From Thermoanaerobaculia bacterium (lineage in GTDB: Bacteria > Acidobacteriota > Thermoanaerobaculia > UBA5066), in contig JBBRRY010000037.1 of the NCBI GenBank assembly GCA_038245905.1, positions 1-33,551 of the forward strand: a stretch of DNA of 33,551 nucleotides. The letters are read 5' to 3'. This document shows positions 26,921-33,551 of the stretch, piece by piece. Position 1 is the first letter of the stretch. Each line of letters starts with the position of its first letter. A model generated the notes under the pieces. The model was not told the DNA's origin. It did not search any database and saw only the letters and a list, made by a program, of their open reading frames with translations. A program made the position numbers and the translations under genes.

Positions 26921-27388
26921 TCAGGCGGGCGGCAGGATCTTCGTCCCGTCCGGTTCGGCGTCTCCGCGCTGGAATGCGAGAACGCGCGCCACGAGCGTCT
27001 TCACGGGCAGAGGGAACGTGAGCAGAAGCTCGCCCTTCGGATTCAGGATCACCTGCTCCGTCGAACCCGTCGCGAGCAGAGTCCTCGTGGGCAGGCGCCG
27101 GATCTCGTAGGTCATCACGAGCTTCGCGGCCTCGGTGGGCGCGAGGACCGCCGACACCTCAAGAAGGTCGTCGAGCTTCGCCGGTCTCTTGAGGCTCATC
27201 TCGACCTTCGTGATCGGCACCTTGTAGCCGTGCGCGAGGGCCTCCGCCGGCGTGAGGCCGAACGCCGCGCAGAGCGCGTTCCGTGCCACTTCGAAGTACA
27301 GCACGTAGTGGCCGTGCCAGACGACGCCGTATGAGTCGACCTCGGGGAAGCGCACCTCGAAGGAGGTGGTGAAGGCGCGTGTCGTCAT
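26921..27388 (-). CDS. Hot-dog fold acyl-CoA/ACP thioesterase (4HBT/YbgC, ApeK-like)
   Basis: VRFPEVDSYGVVWHGHYVLYFEVAR; C-terminal ATGSTEQV...GELLL. Confidence 0.88.
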   Translation of the reverse strand: MTTRAFTTSFEVRFPEVDSYGVVWHGHYVLYFEVARNALCAAFGLTPAEALAHGYKVPITKVEMSLKRPAKLDDLLEVSAVLAPTEAAKLVMTYEIRRLPTRTLLATGSTEQVILNPKGELLLTFPLPVKTLVARVLAFQRGDAEPDGTKILPPA

Positions 27389-28488
27389 GGTGTCGTGAGG
27401 ACAGCCGCGAGGACGTTGCCCCCGGCGCCGAAGGCGTCGAGGAGGATGGCGCCCATTCCGGGATTCGCGCGAAGCTCGGCGGCGGCGAGCGCGAGCTGGA
27501 TCGCGCCGATCGCTGGGTTCTCCCCGAGGGAGTCCTTCACGGCCATCGTGAGCGGAAGGCTCGGGCCGAAGACGTCATGGAGCGCGGCCTCCTCGGCGGC
27601 GTCCGTGAAAGGCGAGCCGTTTTTCGAGAGGTGGATGAGGCCGACGTCCGCGGGAGAGAGCCGCGCCTCGGCGAGCGCCTCCCGGATCGCCGCGGCGAGG
27701 ACGGTGGGATCGGCGCGTCGCACGTGGGGTGAGACGGCCGTTCCGCGCGAGGAGAGCCCGGCGACCCGGGCGTCGATCCGGGCCCCGCGCGAGCGGGCGG
27801 CGGCTTCGTCTTCGACGAGCACGACTCCCGCGCCCTCGCCGAGAACGAACCCGGGACGTCCCGCGGTGCGCGTGGCGCGCACGCTTTCGTACCCGCGGTG
27901 ATAGACGAGGTTCCATTCGTCTGCGGCGCCCACGAGGAGGGCGTCGGCGCGGCCGTCCGCGAGGAGCATCCGGCCGTAGAAGAGCGCGTTCAGAGCGGCG
28001 GGGTCCTTCTGAATGATCGTCACGTTGGGACCCTTGATGCCCACGTCGATCGCGGCCTGTGAGGCGGGCGCGTTCGCGACCGTGTTCGGAAAGAGGAACG
28101 GCGACCCGGCGTCGGGCGACTCGACGGCCATCTGGCGTTCGAACTCGGTCAGCGGGCCCGCGCCGGCCGAGCCCGTGCCGAGCAGGATCCCCGTCCGTTC
28201 CTCGCGTCCTTCGAGCGAATAGCCGGCGTCGGCAAGAACCTGTCGGACGGCGACGACGGCATATTGGCTGCCGCGGTCGAGGCGGCGGGCCTTGCCCTTC
28301 GCGAGCTCCGGTTCCGTCGTGAAGACGCCGATGCGCGCTGCGGGCGACCGGTCGGCGGCCTTCCGCGTGCCGTCTTCCTCGACGGGAGCGATCGCCGAGC
28401 GCCCGGCGGCAAGCGCCGCCCGCGTCTCCGCGAGCGTGCGGCCGAGCGCGGTGACCGCGGAGGCTCCCGTGATGACGGGCGCCTTCAC
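27385..28488 (-). CDS. Catalytically inactive ketosynthase homolog (chain-length-factor-like)
   Basis: Thiolase-fold motifs (SPFLFPNTVANAPA, GEGAG), but Cys is replaced (TIIQKDP versus TITTACS) and both His are lost (SKNG, GEN). GTG 28488 overlaps the KS stop. Confidence 0.82.
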   Translation of the reverse strand: MKAPVITGASAVTALGRTLAETRAALAAGRSAIAPVEEDGTRKAADRSPAARIGVFTTEPELAKGKARRLDRGSQYAVVAVRQVLADAGYSLEGREERTGILLGTGSAGAGPLTEFERQMAVESPDAGSPFLFPNTVANAPASQAAIDVGIKGPNVTIIQKDPAALNALFYGRMLLADGRADALLVGAADEWNLVYHRGYESVRATRTAGRPGFVLGEGAGVVLVEDEAAARSRGARIDARVAGLSSRGTAVSPHVRRADPTVLAAAIREALAEARLSPADVGLIHLSKNGSPFTDAAEEAALHDVFGPSLPLTMAVKDSLGENPAIGAIQLALAAAELRANPGMGAILLDAFGAGGNVLAAVLTTP

Positions 28489-29696
28489 GCGGCCCCGAAC
28501 GCCACGACTGTCGAGTTCCCCCCGAACGCGAAGGAATTCGAGAGCGCGACCTTCACGCGCGTCTCGCGCGCCACGTTCGGAACGTTGTCGAGATCGCACT
28601 CGGGATCGGGCTCCTCGAGGCGGATCGTCGGAGGGATGAGGCCGGTCTCGATCGTGCGGACGGTCGCGACGGCCTCGATCGCGCCCGCCGCGCAGAGACA
28701 GTGGCCGAGCATCGACTTGATCGAGGAAAGCGGGATCTCACGGGCTCGATGTCCGAGGGCTCTCTTGATCGCGGCGGTCTCCGCCGAGTCGTTCTGCGGG
28801 GTGGCCGTGCCGTGGGCGTTCACGTAGTCGACGTCCTCGGGGTTGAGCGAGGACGCCCGCAGGCAGGCCGCGATCGTGCGGGCTCCGGCCTCGCCGGTGG
28901 GCTCGGGCTGCGTCATGTGGTGGGCGTCGGACGTCACGCCATAGCCCAGAAAGCGGCCGCGAAGGCGCGCGCCCCGGCGGCGCGCATGCGCTTCGTCCTC
29001 GAAGACGAGGAGGCCGGCCGCCTCCCCGATCGTGAGTCCCTTGCGGCGGCGGTCGAACGGGCGGCAGGGCTCGGGATCGACCGAGCGAAGCGCGTTGAAT
29101 CCCCCGTGCGTGAGCCGCGCGAACGTGTCGGCGCCGCCCGTTACGACCACGTCGCAGAAGCCGTGGCGGATGAGATCCGCCGCGTAGCCGAGGGACGTGG
29201 CCGAGGACGAGCATGCTGTCGTGATCGTCGAGCGCGGCCCGAGGAACCCCCAGCGCTCGGCGATGCGGTCGGTGGTCTGGTCGGGCGGATGGTTGAGCAC
29301 TTTCGTGGGACGCGCGCGGTGCACCCCCCCGGCGAGAAGATCGCGGAAATAATTCTCGCTGTCGAGGAGACCGGACACGCCCGCGCCGAGGACGACGCCG
29401 ATCCGCGAGGAATCCTCGCGCGAGAGGTCGAGGCCCGAGTCCGCAAGGGCTTCCGCCGCCGCGGTCAGGCCGATGACGTCCGTCCGCGAGAGGCGGCGCG
29501 CGAGGCGCGGCTCGAGACCCGCGGGCAGCTCCTTGATCTCGGCCGCGAGCTGGGTCCGGAAGGCGGTCGCGTCGAAGAGTGTGATCGGGCCGATTCCCGA
29601 GCGGCCCGCGACGAGGCCTTCCCAGGTCGACGCGAGGTCGTTCCCGAGGGAGGTCACGGCTCCCAGTCCCGTCACGACGACGCGGCGATTGGCCAT
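28485..29696 (-). CDS. Beta-ketoacyl-ACP synthase (FabF-like KS)
   Basis: Intact triad TACSS, NAHGT, MLGH; PFD, GEAAG, SNSFAFGG. Confidence 0.93.
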   Translation of the reverse strand: MANRRVVVTGLGAVTSLGNDLASTWEGLVAGRSGIGPITLFDATAFRTQLAAEIKELPAGLEPRLARRLSRTDVIGLTAAAEALADSGLDLSREDSSRIGVVLGAGVSGLLDSENYFRDLLAGGVHRARPTKVLNHPPDQTTDRIAERWGFLGPRSTITTACSSSATSLGYAADLIRHGFCDVVVTGGADTFARLTHGGFNALRSVDPEPCRPFDRRRKGLTIGEAAGLLVFEDEAHARRRGARLRGRFLGYGVTSDAHHMTQPEPTGEAGARTIAACLRASSLNPEDVDYVNAHGTATPQNDSAETAAIKRALGHRAREIPLSSIKSMLGHCLCAAGAIEAVATVRTIETGLIPPTIRLEEPDPECDLDNVPNVARETRVKVALSNSFAFGGNSTVVAFGAA

Positions 29697-29706
29697 CCGC
29701 GGGATC

Positions 29707-32157
29707 TTAACGACTCGGGGCCGCGGCGGGCGCCTGCCGGTTCTTCGATCCTCCGAGCGCGGACTCGCAGCGCGCGAGGGCCTGTGCGTTTTCGTCCGCG
29801 AGGAGGCGGTTGCCGGGAGAGAGCCTGCCGGAAGCCTCGAGGGACGAGAAGTCGTCGCGGGCCCTCTCGTACCAGCGGAGCGCCTCGCCGCATTCCTTGC
29901 GGGCCGCGTGGGCGTCCCCGACGAACTTCTTCGTGAGGGCGGCGTCGCTCGCGATAGCCGCGTTCGACGGGTCAGCGGCCCGCAGGTCCGTGAAGATCAG
30001 GAGTCCTTCTTTCAGCGTCGTGAGCGCGGCGCGCGCGTCTCCGGAAGCGACCTGTCCCTGGCCGAGACCCTGGTACGCGCGTGCGAGCGCATAGCGCGTC
30101 CCCGCGCTTTTCGGATCCGCGGCGACGAGCTCCTTGCGCAGCGCGATCGCGCGGTCGTAGTCCGCCAGTCCCTCGGCACTGCGGCCGACCCTGTAGAAGA
30201 CCTGGCCGCGGCCCGCGAGGCTGTGCGAGAGATCCCGCTTGTAGAGCGCGTTCGTCGGGTCTTCCACGACAAGCGCGTCCTCGATCTCGAGCGACCGGCG
30301 GTAACCGTCCAGAGCGGACTCGTAGTCCTTGGTGAGGCGCACGTCCTCGATGAGCGCGCTCGCGATGTACTTGTTGCAGAGCGCGACGGCGCGGCGCAGC
30401 CCGACGTCCCTCGGCAATTCGGCCCGAAGCCCTTCATAGAGCGCGAGCGACTTCCGCATCTCCTCGATGCACCCCGCGTTGTCGCTTGCGCTCGAAAGGC
30501 GGTTGCTCAGGAGAAAGTGCGCGAGCGCGACTCTGCGCAAGAGCTGCGCGTCCTTCGGCTTCTGCGCGACGGCCGCTTCGAGGAGCTCGACGGCGCGCCG
30601 CGAGGCCGCGACGGCTCCCGCCATGTCCCCGCTCGTCGCGAGCGCGGACCCCCAGACACCGAGCGCCTTTGCGAGGAGGCTGCGGTCCGAGACGTCCGCT
30701 GGGACGGATGCGACGAGACCCTCACGGATCTGCACGGCCGCCTTCATGCTCGCGAGGGCTCCCGGCGAGTCGCCGAGTCCGGCCCCGCCCGGCAGCCCCT
30801 GGACGTCGGCGAGCTTCTCGTAGGCCTCAGCGAGATCGCGCTGGAGCGCGCGGTCCCCGCTGACCTCCTTGGCGAGCGTCCCGAGATATTCGAGGGCGCG
30901 CCTCACGATCAGCTCCCGCGCCGGAGTCGATCCCGGAAGGTTCCGGATCGAGTCATGGAATTCGAACAGGAACGAGCTCGCGAGCTTGCGGACATCTTCG
31001 AGGCGGCGTTCGGCCCGCGCGTGCTCGGCCTCCGCGATCCTCGCCTGGCGCGCCGTTGCGACGATCCCCACAACGAGCGAAAGGGCGACGAGCGCCGCGG
31101 CCACGACGCCGGCCTTGTGGCGCTTGAGGAATTTTCCGGAGCGGTAGGGGAAGGTGTCGCGGCGCGCCTTGACAGGAAGCCCGTCGAGCCACCGGCGGAG
31201 GTCTTCGGAGAGCTGCTCGGCCGACGCATAGCGCCGCGCCGGCTCTTCGCGCGTCGCCATCGCGACGATCGTGTCGAGGTCGGCGGGCAGGATTCGCTTC
31301 GTCCGGTCCGCGTCGCCCGAAGGCCGCCGGCCCGTGAGGATCTCGTGGAGGAGGACGCCGAGCGCGTAGACGTCGGTCGCGGTCGTGATGCGCTCGCCGC
31401 GGATCTGTTCGGGGCTCGCATACTCGGGTGTGAACACGCGCACACTCGCGCCCGTGAGGTCGAGCGTCTGGCCGGAGACCTCCGGGTTGAGGAGCTTGGC
31501 GACTCCGAAGTCGAGAAGCTTCGGCGCGCCGCCTTCGTCCACAAGGATGTTGCCGGGTTTGAGATCCCGGTGGACGACGAGATTCTGGTGCGCGAACTGG
31601 ACGGCGGCGCAGATCGCTCGGAAGAGCGCGACGCGCTCGCGGAGCGCGAGAGAGTGCCGGTCGCACCACGCCGTGACGGGCTCGCCTTCGACGTGCTCCA
31701 TGACGAGGTAGGGAAGGCCCTCCTCCGTGTTGCCGCCGTCGAGGAGGCGCGCGATGTTCGGGTGGTCGAGGCCCGCGAGAATCTGGCGCTCCTGCCGGAA
31801 GCGCCTGATGACGGCCTCGGTGTCCATCCCGCGCCGAACGACCTTGATCGCGACGCGCTTCCGGAACTGCTCGTCGGCCCGCATCGCGAGATAGACCGTT
31901 CCCATTCCGCCGTGACCGATCTCTCGCACGACGTCGTACGGACCGATCCGCGCCCGCGGCGCTTCCGGTGGCGGACCCGCCGGCGTCTCGAGGAATCCCT
32001 CGTCCGTGTCGGCCGACGCGAGGAGAGTCGCGACCTCGGCCTCGAGCTCCGCGTCCCCGGCCGCTGCGCCGGCCAGGAAACTCGCCCGCTCGCCGGCTGG
32101 CCGTTCAAGAGCCTCGTGGAAGATCCGCTGGACGGCCTGCCAGCGTTCAGGAGTCAT
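29707..32157 (-). CDS. Ser/Thr kinase with TM and TPR-like C-terminal region (ECF-associated)
   Basis: MTPERWQ N-terminal extension, GHGGMG, VAIK, HRDLKPGN, DFG, TPEYASPE, TM, helical repeats; ATGA overlap with the sigma factor. Confidence 0.92.
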   Translation of the reverse strand: MTPERWQAVQRIFHEALERPAGERASFLAGAAAGDAELEAEVATLLASADTDEGFLETPAGPPPEAPRARIGPYDVVREIGHGGMGTVYLAMRADEQFRKRVAIKVVRRGMDTEAVIRRFRQERQILAGLDHPNIARLLDGGNTEEGLPYLVMEHVEGEPVTAWCDRHSLALRERVALFRAICAAVQFAHQNLVVHRDLKPGNILVDEGGAPKLLDFGVAKLLNPEVSGQTLDLTGASVRVFTPEYASPEQIRGERITTATDVYALGVLLHEILTGRRPSGDADRTKRILPADLDTIVAMATREEPARRYASAEQLSEDLRRWLDGLPVKARRDTFPYRSGKFLKRHKAGVVAAALVALSLVVGIVATARQARIAEAEHARAERRLEDVRKLASSFLFEFHDSIRNLPGSTPARELIVRRALEYLGTLAKEVSGDRALQRDLAEAYEKLADVQGLPGGAGLGDSPGALASMKAAVQIREGLVASVPADVSDRSLLAKALGVWGSALATSGDMAGAVAASRRAVELLEAAVAQKPKDAQLLRRVALAHFLLSNRLSSASDNAGCIEEMRKSLALYEGLRAELPRDVGLRRAVALCNKYIASALIEDVRLTKDYESALDGYRRSLEIEDALVVEDPTNALYKRDLSHSLAGRGQVFYRVGRSAEGLADYDRAIALRKELVAADPKSAGTRYALARAYQGLGQGQVASGDARAALTTLKEGLLIFTDLRAADPSNAAIASDAALTKKFVGDAHAARKECGEALRWYERARDDFSSLEASGRLSPGNRLLADENAQALARCESALGGSKNRQAPAAAPSR

Positions 32158-32714
32158 CGGGTCATTTCCCGGTGCAGCCACGCCTTCGCGGCCGCCCAGT
32201 CGCGCTTGACCGTCTTCTCGGAGACGCCGAGGGCCTCGGCCGTTTCCTCGACCGTGAGGCCCGCGAAGAACCGCATCGTGACCATCTTTGCCTGCCGCTC
32301 GTCCAGCGCCGCGAGCTTCTCGAGGGCGACGTCGAGGCGCACGAGGTCGACCTCGTTGCTCTCTTTTGCCGCGACGTCCGCGAGCGTCACGCGCAATTCA
32401 TCCCCGCCGCGCTTGTGCGTTGCTTTGCGCCGCGCGTGGTCCACGAGGATGCGCCGCATCGCCTGCGCGGCGACGCCGAGGAAGTGCGCCCGGTTCTGCC
32501 ACGGCGCGCTCTGGTCGGCGAGCTTCATCCACGCCTCGTTCACGAGGGCCGTCGACTGGAGCGTGTGGCCCGTCCGCTCGCGCCGCAGGTAGCTCGCCGC
32601 GAGCCGGTGCAGCTCGCCGTAGACGATCGGAAGGAGCCGGTCCGCCGCGGACGGGTCCCCCGCGCTCCACTCCTGGAGCATCCGCGTCACGTCGGAGGAC
32701 GGATCAGTCGCCAT
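32154..32714 (-). CDS. ECF sigma factor, ECF43/TIGR02999-like
   Basis: LLPIVYGELHRLA, HTLQSTALVNEA, AAQAMRRILVDHAR...KRGG, TVKRDWAAAKAWL; coupled to a kinase gene. Confidence 0.92.
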   Translation of the reverse strand: MATDPSSDVTRMLQEWSAGDPSAADRLLPIVYGELHRLAASYLRRERTGHTLQSTALVNEAWMKLADQSAPWQNRAHFLGVAAQAMRRILVDHARRKATHKRGGDELRVTLADVAAKESNEVDLVRLDVALEKLAALDERQAKMVTMRFFAGLTVEETAEALGVSEKTVKRDWAAAKAWLHREMTR

Positions 32715-32803
32715 CGTCTTGTTCCTGCGCTACAGATTCTAGCCGCGGCCGTGACCCCTTCGGACGGCAAGTCGCGCGTTCATGAAGGAAGGAGCCCACG
32801 CCC

Positions 32804-33551
32804 ATGACCAACCGCGCCTCGCTTTCAGCCTTTCTCGCAGCTGTTCTGGCGATTCCGGCCGTCGGATTTGCCGGAACGCCCTGCGATCTGCTCCCGACCA
32901 CGAACAAGAAGGTCGTCTCTCCGTCGAAGGTCGAAGACGTGCTCTGCAACGTCTGCGGGTCTGGGGTCCCCGTCCATGGAGCGAGAGATCAATTCGGGAA
33001 CGGGCTCGATTACAACGACGGAGCGAAGCACTTCGAGTGCGAAGTACACGTGAGGAACCGGGGAAACGGGCAGTGCAAGAACCAGACGACGTGTCGTCCA
33101 GGCGGGGAGCGCTTCTTCGACAACGGTACCTACAGGTGTCGATACCCGGAAGTCGCCGTCACCCTGCCCGGTCCGTCAAACCCCCGGGACAACTGCGAGC
33201 GCAATCTGCCGCTCTCGATCTCCGAAGTCCACGACGACCGCGAGCTCAACAACCCGCTGCTCTACGTGGGGCAAAACTACCTGTTTATCCACGGGGAGGG
33301 CGCCGCGAACGCCACTTCAGGCGAGATGACCGGGGGAATCGCCGTGACGTTGGGCGAGGCCGCACGGCGCCTCGGGACCAGCACGGTGTGCGCCCCGCCG
33401 AATTGTCAGGTCGCGAAGCTCCAGATCCCGCCCGCGGCCATCGATTCGAACCAGACGCTCAAACTCTACACGCCGCATCGCTATCGCTCGGCGACCGCCA
33501 CGCTCCTCGTCACCCATCCGACCGCACCGACTGGCGGGGGAGGGCGCATCG
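32804..33551 (+). CDS. Secreted Cys-rich hypothetical protein (3'-truncated; absent from ORF track)
   Basis: SD GAAGGAG (32788-32794), ATG 32804, open to the window end: MTNRASLSAFLAAVLAIPAVGFA-GTPCDLLP...LCNVCGSG...; signal peptide and 10 Cys in 249 codons. Confidence 0.8.
   Translation, partial: MTNRASLSAFLAAVLAIPAVGFAGTPCDLLPTTNKKVVSPSKVEDVLCNVCGSGVPVHGARDQFGNGLDYNDGAKHFECEVHVRNRGNGQCKNQTTCRPGGERFFDNGTYRCRYPEVAVTLPGPSNPRDNCERNLPLSISEVHDDRELNNPLLYVGQNYLFIHGEGAANATSGEMTGGIAVTLGEAARRLGTSTVCAPPNCQVAKLQIPPAAIDSNQTLKLYTPHRYRSATATLLVTHPTAPTGGGGRI

Noticed and set aside
29473-32592. 1039-aa plus-strand ORF, and similar long ORFs at 6566-9124, 10169-11806, 12442-14274, 15391-17214, 20495-22426 and 24587-26521
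   Set aside because: Antisense or off-frame to well-supported genes, with no motifs; expected from stop-codon scarcity in high-GC DNA.

Overview
High-GC bacterial chromosomal window, densely coding, with no rRNA, tRNA, CRISPR array or transposase visible. The gene repertoire (ECF43/STK pair, several Hanks kinases) suggests Acidobacteriota or a similar diderm; this is inference only. Contents in order: (1) a coupled operon of a membrane protein, two SPFH proteins and a CREST/ceramidase-like hydrolase; (2) a DCC thioredoxin-like protein, an OmpA lipoprotein, two paralogous Ser/Thr kinases ending in TonB-C-like domains that flank a nucleoside hydrolase, and a PqqL-like M16 peptidase; (3) an 8-gene heme-copper oxidase operon; (4) an AbrB/RelE-like toxin-antitoxin pair next to smc; (5) a LuxR regulator, a degenerate FHA-AAA+ activator and an orphan histidine kinase; (6) a KS/CLF/thioesterase triplet; (7) an ECF43-type sigma factor with its kinase and a divergent Cys-rich secreted protein absent from the ORF track. 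The strongest candidate for a novel system is the A-family oxidase. It keeps all metal ligands, the active-site Tyr and the D-channel, but has lost the K-channel Lys (subunit I) and the K-channel entry Glu (subunit II), and it is encoded with a cysteine-free SCO homolog. Second is the pair of kinase-TonB-C fusions with a conserved Cys pair. Many genes appear leaderless. All family calls come from reading motifs by eye; no searches were run.
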